This document shows, piece by piece, positions 55,743-64,000 of a stretch of DNA of 64,000 nt (its first letter is position 1; every line of letters starts with the position of its first letter). Both the position numbers and the translations under genes were made by a program. Origin of the DNA: Gemmatimonadota bacterium (lineage in GTDB: Bacteria > Gemmatimonadota > Gemmatimonadetes > Palauibacterales > Palauibacteraceae); NCBI GenBank assembly GCA_039588275.1, contig JBDHAC010000002.1, positions 21,127-85,126 on the forward strand, read 5' to 3'. Below the pieces are notes generated by a model. The model was not told the DNA's origin and did no database searches. It saw nothing but the letters and a program-made list of their open reading frames with translations.

Positions 55743-57028
55743 CGCCTGCGGACGCTCAGGAGGGCGCCGCCGCGGAAGCGCACGCCCTCACCCTTCACCA
55801 CACGGCGATCCTCGTCGACGGTCACAACGACCTGCCGTGGCGCATCCGCGGAACCTGGGGACTCGATTTCGGCTCGGTCGATTTCTCGCAGCGACGCACC
55901 GACGGGCACACCGACCTCGTACGACTGCGGGAGGGTGGGGTCGATGTCCAGTTCTGGGCCGCGTATGTCCCCGCTCGTTTCATCGGGCCAGGCGCCAGGG
56001 TCATGGCGCTCGAGCAGATCGACCTCATCAAGCGATTCACCGGGAGCTATCCGGAGCACCTGGAGATGGCGTACTCGCTCGCCGACGTTCGGCGGATCAC
56101 GGATGAGGGACGGATCGCCTCGATGATCGGCATCGAGGGGGGACACGCGATTACGAATTCGCTGCCTGTCCTCCAGGAGATGTACGCGCGCGGCGCCCGG
56201 TACATCACCCTCACCCATTCGGCCACGCTGGCATGGGTCGACGCGGCCGGCGACGAGCCGCGACACGGTGGTCTGACCGACTTCGGGCGTGAGGTCGTGC
56301 GGGAGATGAACAGGCTGGGGATGCTGGTCGACCTCTCACACGTCACGGCGCAGGCGGCGCGCGAAGCGCTCGAGGTCACCCGCGCGCCGGTGATCTTCTC
56401 GCATTCTTCGGCTCGGGCGATCGCCGACCACCCACGCAACGTCCCCGATGACGTCCTGCGCTTGGTACGCGAGAACGGGGGCGCCGTGTTGGTGAACTTC
56501 TACTCGGGCTTTCTGGACCCGGAGGGCGCCCGCAACGTGCAGGACCTCTTCCGCGAGGAGGCTCGCATCCGGCGTGAGAACCCGGACCCGGAGGCATTTC
56601 AGCGCGCGATGGACGCCTGGTACGCGGACCACCCGACACCCCCCGGTGATGTCGGGTCGATCGCTGACCACATCGACCACATCGTACGCGTCGCCGGAAT
56701 CGATCACGTAGGCCTCGGCTCCGACTTCGATGGCGTCCCGATGCTCCCCGAAGGCATGGAGGACGTGTCTCGCTTCCCGGCTATCACCGTCGAGCTGGTG
56801 AGGCGCGGGTATTCGGACGAGGACGTGCGAAAGGTCCTCGGCGGTAACCTGCTGCGGGTGTTCGGCGAGGTGGAGGCGGTGGCGCAGACGCTTTCCGGTG
56901 AGCCCCCCCGGTCCGACCGGCTCCCGTTCGAGGGTCTGGAGCCCGGCGGCTGGGGGCCGGGCGGGTCCGAAGCAGCCGGCACCGAGGGCGCGACGTCGGA
57001 GACGGTTCGAGGGCGGGGCCGATCATGA
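55670..57028 (+). CDS. membrane (renal-type) dipeptidase, peptidase family M19
   Basis: ATG at 55670 with a signal peptide ending PADAQE. ILVDGHNDLPWRIR, VDVQFWAAYVP, IGIEGGHAI, YITLTHS, DLSHV, IFSHSSA and GLGSDFDG are the M19 motifs in the correct order. Confidence 0.9.
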   Translation: MHEHIRRRSVTTRFGLLLALACVVTPADAQEGAAAEAHALTLHHTAILVDGHNDLPWRIRGTWGLDFGSVDFSQRRTDGHTDLVRLREGGVDVQFWAAYVPARFIGPGARVMALEQIDLIKRFTGSYPEHLEMAYSLADVRRITDEGRIASMIGIEGGHAITNSLPVLQEMYARGARYITLTHSATLAWVDAAGDEPRHGGLTDFGREVVREMNRLGMLVDLSHVTAQAAREALEVTRAPVIFSHSSARAIADHPRNVPDDVLRLVRENGGAVLVNFYSGFLDPEGARNVQDLFREEARIRRENPDPEAFQRAMDAWYADHPTPPGDVGSIADHIDHIVRVAGIDHVGLGSDFDGVPMLPEGMEDVSRFPAITVELVRRGYSDEDVRKVLGGNLLRVFGEVEAVAQTLSGEPPRSDRLPFEGLEPGGWGPGGSEAAGTEGATSETVRGRGRS

Positions 57029-57585
57029 GCGCGAACCGAGAGTCCGACCCCGGCGAGGATGCTCCCGCTCTCCCGGTAGTCGTCGGCCGCGGCGAGCTGG
57101 ATGAGGTTCGCCCGGTCGCGCATTCCCGGGTGACGATGACGCAGCTCATGTCGCCTCAGGACACGAATCTGTTCGGTAGCGTCTTCGGCGGCGTGATCCT
57201 GGCGCTGGTGGACAAGATCGCGTATGTGAGCGCCACCCGTCACGCTGGATGTCCCTGCGTGACCGTCAGCTTCGATCAGGTCGACTTCAACTCACCCATC
57301 CAGATCGGCGAAATCGTGACGCTGGAAGCGGCCGTAGCGACCGTCGGCCGCACGTCGCTCGGCGTCGGCGTGAGGGTGTTCGCCGAGAACGTGCACGGGG
57401 GCTCGCGGCGCGAGACGAACGTGTGCCACGTGACCATGGTGGCAACCGACGAGGAGCGGCACCCCGTTCCCGTCCCCAAGCTCCGGATCGAGACCGAGGA
57501 TGAGTACGCGCTCTATCTGGAGGGCGAGTTCCGGCGCGAATCCCGATTGGAGCTCGAGCGTCGACGGGACTCGCGACGAGACTGA
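57025..57585 (+). CDS. acyl-CoA thioesterase (hotdog fold, YciA-like)
   Basis: MSPQDTNLFGSVFGGVILALVDKIAYVSATRHAG..CVTVSFDQVDFNSPIQIGEIVTLEA. ATGA overlap with the dipeptidase gene. Confidence 0.85.
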   Translation: MSANRESDPGEDAPALPVVVGRGELDEVRPVAHSRVTMTQLMSPQDTNLFGSVFGGVILALVDKIAYVSATRHAGCPCVTVSFDQVDFNSPIQIGEIVTLEAAVATVGRTSLGVGVRVFAENVHGGSRRETNVCHVTMVATDEERHPVPVPKLRIETEDEYALYLEGEFRRESRLELERRRDSRRD

Positions 57586-57655
57586 GGCTGCAGCTGCCCG
57601 GGGCATTGATGGAGGAACTCTGCCGCGAGGGCGAAGCGGCTGGCCCGGGCGGGTG

Positions 57656-57808
57656 TCAGAGCAGCGCTACGAGCCCGTAGAAGATCAGCGCCGCCGAGAA
57701 CATGGCGGCGCTCTGGAGCGCGATCTCGCGCCCCGGCATCTTCGCGATGACTCCCAGCATGACGGACACGACCAGCGCCGTTCCCAGCAACCCGATCAGC
57801 TGCAGCAT
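57656..57808 (-). CDS. possible 50-aa two-helix membrane peptide (below the ORF-track cutoff)
   Basis: MLQLIGLLGTALVVSVMLGVIAKMPGREIALQSAAMFSAALIFYGLVALL. GAGGGAGAG lies immediately upstream of the ATG at 57808. Third-position G+C is high. Confidence 0.35.
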   Translation of the reverse strand: MLQLIGLLGTALVVSVMLGVIAKMPGREIALQSAAMFSAALIFYGLVALL

Positions 57809-58130
57809 CTCTCCCTCGGAACTTTCGTCTTCACTCGGTCAGCGCCCATGCTGAGGGCGGGTGCTCACGGCTTCGAGCTCAGCTCGGACCGAGGCGCGCG
57901 GACTGCTCGCCCCGGGTCCGCCCCCGTCTTTGCAGTTCGACAAGCTCGGGCATGCCAGCCGCCTCGGCAATCCGCTGCCCGGTGGGCGTAGCCGCCAGGC
58001 CGCCGAGCGCCGTCTCACGATAGCGCACGTCCATCTTTCGTCCCACGAAGAACGCCAGCGAGACGCGAGAAGCTCGAAGCCTGGAATCGGTCAGCTCCGG
58101 CGGACCGGCCGTCCGCTCGCCGGAAGCGAG

Positions 58131-58280
58131 CTAGAAGATGGTATAGATGAACGGCGCCAGTGCCGAGCCCTGCGCGAAGACCAGTAGCGAGCCGACGATG
58201 AATAGTACCAGCAGCACCGGCAGCAACCACCACTTCTTCCGAATTCGCAGGAAGGCCCACAGCTCACGGACCAAGCTCAT
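58131..58280 (-). CDS. DUF5989 / SxtK-like 49-aa membrane protein (below the ORF-track cutoff)
   Basis: MSLVRELWAFLRIRKKWWLLPVLLVLFIVGSLLVFAQGSALAPFIYTIF matches the family consensus I know (M..L.ELW.FLR.RKK.WLLPI...L...G.L.V...GSA.APFIYTLF). GGGAGGA is the SD. It starts 15 nt after the SxtJ-like stop. Confidence 0.7.
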   Translation of the reverse strand: MSLVRELWAFLRIRKKWWLLPVLLVLFIVGSLLVFAQGSALAPFIYTIF

Positions 58281-58295
58281 CCTTTTTCCTCCCGA

Positions 58296-58697
58296 TCAGA
58301 ACTGCCTCTCGAGGCTGCTTTCTTGCTCCGAAGTGCGCGCCACCCAATAACTTCCGTCTCGCGGTGCGTGCTTGAGCGGGTTGCGCCCGAAGGTCCTCCG
58401 CAAGAATCCCACCGGAGAGATCACCACGAAGTAGACCAGGCTCATGAAGATGGGCGTCGTGACCTTGGAGAGCGCGTGCGCGAGGCCCATCCAGGCCCGC
58501 TGCACGGGCTCCAAACGGTCCGGGATCATAGCGCCCGAGAGGACCAAAAGGACCCCCAGGCCGCCGAGGCTCTGCCCGACGGGCGCGTGGCCTCGCCACC
58601 ACACCAGCGACCCCAGCGCGCAGAACGCGAGTCCGACCGAGAGGCCGAACTTGCGCCCTTCGGCCTTCGTCAATCGAGCTCGATCACTTCTCTCCAA
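58296..58697 (-). CDS. SxtJ-like small membrane protein
   Basis: LTKAEGRKFGLSVGLAFCALGSLVWWRG...LGGLGVLLVLSGAMIP..LEPVQRAWMGLAHALSKVTTPIFMSLVYFVVISPVGFLRRTFGRNPL. The proposed TTG start at 58697 is preceded by GGAGGAGG and overlaps the last 9 codons of the carbamoyltransferase. The track start at 58862 is not credible. Confidence 0.65.
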   Translation of the reverse strand: MERSDRARLTKAEGRKFGLSVGLAFCALGSLVWWRGHAPVGQSLGGLGVLLVLSGAMIPDRLEPVQRAWMGLAHALSKVTTPIFMSLVYFVVISPVGFLRRTFGRNPLKHAPRDGSYWVARTSEQESSLERQF

Positions 58698-60544
58698 TCC
58701 ACCTCCTCCTTCCACTCGGGCTGATCCTCCTTGTCCAGCAGGTACGGCCCCATGACCAGGTAGTCCATGTTGGTTCGCATGAAGCACGTGTAGGCGTGTT
58801 CCGGCGTGCAGACGATCGGCTCGCCGCGGACATTGAACGAGGTGTTCACCACCACGCCACACCCCGTTCGTTTCTCGAATTCCTCGATCAGCTCGTAATA
58901 GTCCGGATTGTCCACGCGGTTGACCGTCTGTACGCGGGCCGTGTAGTTGACGTGAGTCACGGCCGGGATGTCGGAGCGGGGCACGTTCAACTTCTCGATC
59001 CCGAACAGGCCCTGCTGCTCCTCCGTGAGCGCGATCCGCCGGTCCTCCCTTACAGGAGCCACCAGGAGCATGTAGGGGGACTCACGGTCCAACTCAAAGT
59101 AATCGCTCACCCGCTCGGCCAGCACGGTCGGAGCGAACGGCCGGAAGCTCTCGCGGAACTTGATCTTGAGGTTCATCTGTTCCTGCATCTTCGGGCTGCG
59201 GGGATCACCCAGGATGCTGCGCGAACCGAGCGCGCGCGGGCCGAATTCCATGCGGCCGTTGAACCAACCCAGGACCTTTTCGCTGGCCAACAGGCGAGCG
59301 GCCTCCTCGAGTAACGGGCGGCGCTCCATGCGCGCATAGCCGGCGCCGACTGAATCCAGGTATTCCTTGATCTCCTCAGGCGTGAAGTCGGGCCCCAGGT
59401 AGGCGCCCCCCATACCGTCACGCCCGGGGGTGACCTTCCGGGGATGATCCAGGTGCCGGTGCCAGATCAGCTGAGCGACGCCCAGCGCCCCACCGGCATC
59501 GCCCGCGGCCGGTTGTATCCACACCTGCTCGAAGGGTCCTTCCCGCAGTATGCGACCGTTTCCGACGCAATTCAGCGCCACGCCCCCCGCGAGACAGAGC
59601 TGCCTCATGCCGGTCTCGCGGTGCGCGGTGCGCGCCATGCGCAGCATGATCTCCTCGCACACGTCCTGGACGGAGCGCGCGAGGTCCATCTCGCGCTGCG
59701 TGACCGGAGACTCGGGCCTTCGCGGCGGACCGCCGAACAGCTCGTCGAACGCCCCGCCCGTCATCGTCAGGCCCGTGAGGTAGTTGAAGTATTTCTGGTT
59801 GAGCCGGAAGGATCCGTCTTCCTGCAGATCGACGAGCTCTTCGAGTATCGGCCCCACGTACTTGGGCTCTCCGTACGGTGCCAGCCCCATCACCTTGTAC
59901 TCGCCCGAGTTCACCTTGAATCCGGTGTAGTAGGTGAACGCCGAGTAGAGCAGTCCCAGCGAATCGGGCCAGTGGAGCTCCCTGAGGAGCTCGACGTCGT
60001 TGTCGCGCCCCACGCCGATCGACGCGGTGGCCCACTCCCCGACGCCATCCATCGTGAGGATCGCCGCCTCCTCGAAGGGCGAGGGCAAGAAAGCACTCGC
60101 GGCATGCGACTCGTGGTGCTCGGCGTACAGGATCTGCCCGTCGTAGCCGAGCGACCGGCGAAGATGTCGCTCCATATACAGCTTGTCCTTGATCCACAGC
60201 GGCCCGGCCATCAGGAAGGAGCGAATGCCGCGCGGCACGACGCCCAGATAGGTCTCGAGGATGCGCTCGAACTTGAGAAGCGGCTTGTCGTAGAAGCCGA
60301 CGTAATCCAGCTCGTGTGCCTCGATCCCGGCCCGGGCCAGGCAATACTCCACGGCGTGAGTCGGGAAGTCGGCATCGCCCTTCTTGCGGGTGAACCGCTC
60401 TTCCTGAGCCGCGGCCACGATCTCGCCATCGCGCATTAGACACGCCGCGCTGTCGTGATAGAACGCCGAAATGCCCAGGATGTTGGTCGAACTCACGCGT
60501 GTCTCTCGCACTCCGCTCTCATGGGTTCGGTCCTCATCGCTCAC
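58670..60544 (-). CDS. carbamoyltransferase (NodU/CmcH/SxtI family)
   Basis: 624 aa. NILGISAFYHDSAACLMRDGEIVAAAQEERFTRKKGDADFP, HHESHAASAF, LCLAGGVALNCVGNG, and the C-terminal VTHVNYTARVQTV...GCGVVVNTSFNVRGEPIVCTPEHAY. The start may be a GTG about 20 codons downstream of 60544. Confidence 0.9.
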   Translation of the reverse strand: MSDEDRTHESGVRETRVSSTNILGISAFYHDSAACLMRDGEIVAAAQEERFTRKKGDADFPTHAVEYCLARAGIEAHELDYVGFYDKPLLKFERILETYLGVVPRGIRSFLMAGPLWIKDKLYMERHLRRSLGYDGQILYAEHHESHAASAFLPSPFEEAAILTMDGVGEWATASIGVGRDNDVELLRELHWPDSLGLLYSAFTYYTGFKVNSGEYKVMGLAPYGEPKYVGPILEELVDLQEDGSFRLNQKYFNYLTGLTMTGGAFDELFGGPPRRPESPVTQREMDLARSVQDVCEEIMLRMARTAHRETGMRQLCLAGGVALNCVGNGRILREGPFEQVWIQPAAGDAGGALGVAQLIWHRHLDHPRKVTPGRDGMGGAYLGPDFTPEEIKEYLDSVGAGYARMERRPLLEEAARLLASEKVLGWFNGRMEFGPRALGSRSILGDPRSPKMQEQMNLKIKFRESFRPFAPTVLAERVSDYFELDRESPYMLLVAPVREDRRIALTEEQQGLFGIEKLNVPRSDIPAVTHVNYTARVQTVNRVDNPDYYELIEEFEKRTGCGVVVNTSFNVRGEPIVCTPEHAYTCFMRTNMDYLVMGPYLLDKEDQPEWKEEVDWREVIELD

Positions 60545-60787
60545 GACACCCGGCTCCTCGAATCCCAGTTCGATCTCCCCTAACCAGCCAGCGGGTGCAC
60601 TCGAGCGGTCCTCCGCATCGCCGGTTCGAGCAAGACCCGGGCCGAACTTCCGGCGCGGATTTGCTGGGCTGCGGTGATCGGGGCGGGTCCCGCGGCCGGC
60701 CCCGGGTCACGGGTGTTGCGAAACCGCTTCACAAACTGGCGCCGCACCTTCCGGGTCAACAACTCGGGAGAAGGCTCTCCTTCACGG

Positions 60788-61618
60788 TCATGCCCTCGCG
60801 TCGCCCGCCATGGGCGGCACGGCGGGGACCCTGTCACGCCAATCCAGCCGGACCCCGAGGGCGGCCGCGAAGCCGTTTGACAGCGCGCGTACCACCTCGC
60901 TTCGTTCCACGAGCACTCCCTCCGCGTGGAGGCTCGTCATGTGCGCGCCGTGGATCCCACAGGGCACGATCCACTCGAACGGCGAGAGCGGCTCCTCGGT
61001 CACGTTGAGCGCGACTCCGTGCCAGGTGATCCAGCGGCTCGCATGCACTCCGATGGAAGCGATCTTCCTCGCCTCGCCGCGGATGATTCGAGATGGAGCG
61101 GTGGTTGGATCGAGCTCCGGCACGTCCTCCCCGGAGGACATCGACGCCGGTGCGGCCTCACCCACCCAGAGACCGGTGTACCCCTCGATCCGGAACCCCC
61201 GCAGACCGAGGTCGGCCAGCGCCGTCGCCAGGGCCCGCTCGAGAGTTCGCAGATACCAATGCAGGTCGCGCCGGTAATGGTGCAGATCGAGGATCGGGTA
61301 CGCGACCAGCTGGCCGGGCCCGTGATAGGTCACGTCGCCCCCACGCTCGATCTCGACGATCGGCACGCCCCGAGCCTCCAGCGCTTCGGGGGCGAGGATG
61401 ACGTCCTCGGCCCCGGTGCCGCGACCCAACGTGATCACGGGCGGATGCTCGAGGATGAGTAGTATGTCCTCTTCGAGGCCACCGCGTTTCTTGGCCTCAG
61501 CCAACCGGCGCTGGATCGTGAGGGCCTCCGTGTACGGCACGAGGCCGGCGTCGACCACCTGAAGGCAGGCCTTCGAGCGCACGGCCTCGGCCGTGCGGCC
61601 GCTACGGGTCATGGGCAT
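60788..61618 (-). CDS. lipB: lipoyl(octanoyl) transferase
   Basis: LILEHPPVITLGRG, ERGGDVTYHGPGQLVAYPILDL, catalytic RKIASIGV and VPCGI. A ~25-aa insertion (GEAAPASMSSGEDVPELDPTTAPSRIIRGE) precedes the catalytic Lys. Confidence 0.85.
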   Translation of the reverse strand: MPMTRSGRTAEAVRSKACLQVVDAGLVPYTEALTIQRRLAEAKKRGGLEEDILLILEHPPVITLGRGTGAEDVILAPEALEARGVPIVEIERGGDVTYHGPGQLVAYPILDLHHYRRDLHWYLRTLERALATALADLGLRGFRIEGYTGLWVGEAAPASMSSGEDVPELDPTTAPSRIIRGEARKIASIGVHASRWITWHGVALNVTEEPLSPFEWIVPCGIHGAHMTSLHAEGVLVERSEVVRALSNGFAAALGVRLDWRDRVPAVPPMAGDARA

Positions 61619-61634
61619 CGGATCGGGCGTGTGG

Positions 61635-63044
61635 TCAAATGTCGATCGGCCGTCCCAACGCTACCAGCGCGGCTTGCATGAGGGCCTCCGCCATGCTGGG
61701 GTGAGCGTGTGGATGGGCAGCGATCTCGTCGAGCGTGGTCTCGAGCTCGCGACCCAGGCCGGCCTCGGCGATGAGCTCGCTCACGTTGTGACCGATCATT
61801 TGCACACCCAGCAGTTCCCCATACTCGGCATCCGCGACGACCTTGACGAACCCCTCGTTGGCGCCCGCCGTCAACGCGCGACCGTGCGAGGTGAGCGGGT
61901 ACTTGCCCGTCTTGACCTCGTATCCCGCCTCAACGGCCTTGGCTTCGGTGAGCCCGATCGACGCGATCTCGGGGTGGCAGTACCCGACGCTCGGGATGTT
62001 GTCGTACCGCATGGGGTGACGCGCCTGACCGGCAATGTGCTCGGCCGCTACGATCCCTTCGTGTGAGCCGACGTGGGCGAGCATCGGCTCTCCGGCCACG
62101 TCACCGATCGCGTACACGCCTTCCGCCGTGGTTTGGCACCATTCGTCGATGCGGACGAAGCCGTTCTCGAGCTCGACTCCGTTCTCCTCGAGCCCCAGAT
62201 CCTCCGTGACCGGGCGTCGACCAACGGCCATCAGCACGAGATCGGTCTTTTCGATCCCCTCCGTTCCATCCGGGTTCTCGACCGTGAGGATCATCGGGCT
62301 CACGCTTCGGTCGAGCTCTTTCACCTTGCATCGGATGCGGGTGCGGATGTGGCGCTTCTTGAACGCCCGTGCGAGAGCCTTTCCGATCTCCGGATCCTCG
62401 AGCGGTACGAGGGTGTCGAGCGCCTCGATGAGCGTCACCTCGACGCCGAACGCGTTGAACACATCCGCGAACTCGACGCCCACGAACCCGGCGCCGACGA
62501 TGACGAGCCGCTCCGGGAGCTCGGTCAGTGCCAGCGCTTCGCGGCTCCCGATCACTTTCTCCCGGTCGAACTCGAGTCCCGGAAAGGTCTTCATCACCGA
62601 GCCGGTCGCGATGACCACGTGAGAGGCGTCGAGCTCCTGCGAACCCTCCTCCGTCTGGATCGCGACCCGACCCTTTCCAGCCAGCCGGCCCCGGCCCTGG
62701 ACGATCTCCACCTCGTTCTTCTTGAGGAGGTACTGGACGCCGCCGGTCAGCCTGTCGGCGATGCCGCGGCTGCGCTCCACGGCGGCGGCCATGTCGTATT
62801 CCACCTCGACCGGGCGGACACCCATATCGGCGCCGTGGCTCTTCACTTGGTGGGCGAGCGCGGCGCTCTCGAGCAGCGCCTTCGCCGGGATGCAGCCCCA
62901 GTTCAGGCACGTGCCCCCGAAGCCGCCTTCGTACGAGTCGCTCTCGATGCAGGCGACCCGGAGCCCGAGCTGCGCCGCCCGGATCGCGCAAACATATCCG
63001 GCCGGCCCGGCCCCGATCACGACGACGTCATAGCGTTCCGCCAT
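61635..63044 (-). CDS. lpdA: dihydrolipoyl dehydrogenase (E3)
   Basis: YDVVVIGAGPAGYVCAIRAAQLG, redox-active GGTCLNWGCIPAKAL, the NAD site LVIVGAGFVGVEFA, and the C-terminal HAHPSMAEAL. Confidence 0.95.
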   Translation of the reverse strand: MAERYDVVVIGAGPAGYVCAIRAAQLGLRVACIESDSYEGGFGGTCLNWGCIPAKALLESAALAHQVKSHGADMGVRPVEVEYDMAAAVERSRGIADRLTGGVQYLLKKNEVEIVQGRGRLAGKGRVAIQTEEGSQELDASHVVIATGSVMKTFPGLEFDREKVIGSREALALTELPERLVIVGAGFVGVEFADVFNAFGVEVTLIEALDTLVPLEDPEIGKALARAFKKRHIRTRIRCKVKELDRSVSPMILTVENPDGTEGIEKTDLVLMAVGRRPVTEDLGLEENGVELENGFVRIDEWCQTTAEGVYAIGDVAGEPMLAHVGSHEGIVAAEHIAGQARHPMRYDNIPSVGYCHPEIASIGLTEAKAVEAGYEVKTGKYPLTSHGRALTAGANEGFVKVVADAEYGELLGVQMIGHNVSELIAEAGLGRELETTLDEIAAHPHAHPSMAEALMQAALVALGRPIDI

Positions 63045-63144
63045 ACAGCGACCTCGCTTTACCTTTATGTAAAGTTGTTTCTGTGTAAGGGTTTTGTCGT
63101 CCTCGCCAAACGCATAGCAGGACCCGGCTCACGGCCGCCGCCGG

Positions 63145-64000
63145 TCAGAGGATCATCTCGAGCGGGTTCTCCAACATCGCTTTGAACGTCCCCAGGAACG
63201 ATGCCCCGGTCGCGCCGTCGACGACGCGGTGGTCACAGGACATCGTCACGCGCATCCGCTTTCGCACCACCACTTCGCCATCGACCACGACCGGCTTCTC
63301 GATGGTCGCCCCGACAGCCAGAATTCCAGACTCCGGCGGGTTGATGATCGCCGTGAACTGGTCAATCTCGTACATGCCTAGGTTGCTAACCGAGAACGTC
63401 GATCCCTGATACTCCTCCGGAGCGAGATCTCGGGCACGGGCTCGCTCGATCAGCGCCCGAGCCTCGAGCGAAATCTGACGCAAGCCCTTCCGACTCGCAT
63501 CGCGGAGCACGGGCGTGATCAGGCCCCCGTCGATCGCCACCGCGATCCCCAGGTCGACGCTCCCGTGGTACACGATCGAGTCGCCGCCCCACGACGCATT
63601 GACCTCCGGGTGACGGGACAGCGCCTCGGCGGTCGCTTTCAGCAGGAGGTCGTTCACCCCGATCTTCCCGTCCGGCCACCGCTGGTTGAGCTCGCCGCGC
63701 AGGGCGAGCGCGCGCCCCATGTCGATCTCGGTCGTGAGGAAGAAGTGCGGCACGGGACCGATCGACTCCGCCAGCCGGCGGGCGATCGCCTTCCGCATTT
63801 GGCTCGCTTCCTCGACGCGCGCGGTGAGCGCCGCGGGGGGGGCGGGGGGGGGCGCCGCCGACGGGATCGTGGCCGGAGCCGCCGCCGGTGCGATCGGGGT
63901 CGCCGGCTCGGGCGTGGCCGGAGCGCCGGCTGCCGGGGTAGGGGCAGGGGCCGGGGCACTGCCAGCCAGCGCGGCCTCGACGTCCGCCTTCACGACCCGC
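63145..64000 (-). CDS. 2-oxoacid dehydrogenase E2 acyltransferase, C-terminal part (5' end beyond window)
   Basis: The frame is open to the window edge. It shows the end of an E3-binding domain (KADVEAAL), an Ala/Pro linker, and the catalytic domain with PHFFLTTEIDM and MSCDHRVVDGATGASFL (DHR motif). I cannot tell which complex it belongs to (PDH, OGDH or BCKDH). Confidence 0.9.
   Translation of the reverse strand, partial: RVVKADVEAALAGSAPAPAPTPAAGAPATPEPATPIAPAAAPATIPSAAPPPAPPAALTARVEEASQMRKAIARRLAESIGPVPHFFLTTEIDMGRALALRGELNQRWPDGKIGVNDLLLKATAEALSRHPEVNASWGGDSIVYHGSVDLGIAVAIDGGLITPVLRDASRKGLRQISLEARALIERARARDLAPEEYQGSTFSVSNLGMYEIDQFTAIINPPESGILAVGATIEKPVVVDGEVVVRKRMRVTMSCDHRVVDGATGASFLGTFKAMLENPLEMIL

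Noticed and set aside
58015-58260. 81-aa minus-strand ORF on the track
   Set aside because: It overlaps the much better supported 49-aa DUF5989/SxtK-like ORF (58131-58280) in another frame and has no SD or recognisable sequence.
58698-58862. 5' extension of the SxtJ-like ORF to the track start at 58862
   Set aside because: The extension lies entirely inside the carbamoyltransferase coding region in a different frame and has off-frame composition. A TTG with a strong GGAGGAGG SD at 58697 fits the start of the SxtJ-like similarity.
63781-63960. G/C homopolymer runs and repetitive GCC/GGC sequence as a non-coding repeat
   Set aside because: It translates in the E2 frame to an Ala/Pro-rich inter-domain linker (APAPTPAAGAPATPEPATPIAPAAAPA...), which is normal for 2-oxoacid dehydrogenase E2 subunits.

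Overview
High-GC (by eye about two-thirds G+C) chromosomal segment from a diderm bacterium, judged from a TonB-dependent receptor, OprO/P-type porins, an OmpA-like protein and many lipobox proteins. The GlnRS-YqeY fusion and overall gene content suggest a Gemmatimonadota- or Deinococcota-like lineage, but that is only a guess. I can support about 65 protein-coding genes, most in tightly coupled operons with ATGA/GTGA stop-start overlaps, plus one tRNA-Glu(CUC), one TPP riboswitch upstream of thiC and three strong hairpin terminators. I found no rRNA, CRISPR array, transposase, integrase, phage gene or recognisable defence gene, so this reads as core chromosome rather than an island. Recognisable blocks, in order:
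- proS 3' end
- a six-gene operon: CapK/PaaK-like ligase, lipoprotein SBP, TonB receptor, NitT/TauT ABC ATPase and permease, Wzx-like flippase
- glnS fused to a YqeY/GatB-C domain
- an MscS operon
- an ECF sigma / anti-sigma / CpxP-like / lipoprotein operon, with the sigma gene frameshifted
- a rearranged paaA-B-C-D-like oxygenase cluster
- pruA
- an envelope glycosyltransferase cluster
- thiC
- CHAD-ppk1 next to two phosphate-type porins
- a split glutaminase/nadE pair
- a carbamoyltransferase-SxtJ-SxtK(DUF5989) triad
- lipB-lpd-E2
No single clearly novel system stands out. The best candidates for follow-up are:
- the carbamoyltransferase triad
- an orphan three-gene module in a low-GC pocket (37.8-39.1 kb)
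- the TonB/ABC/ligase/flippase operon
- the split-PaaD oxygenase cluster carrying an exported beta-propeller gene
- a five-copy 12-nt tandem repeat just upstream of a YkvI-like gene
- two reading-frame anomalies at 21.5-22.5 kb
Many long ORFs on the track are antisense shadow ORFs typical of high-GC DNA, and I rejected them.
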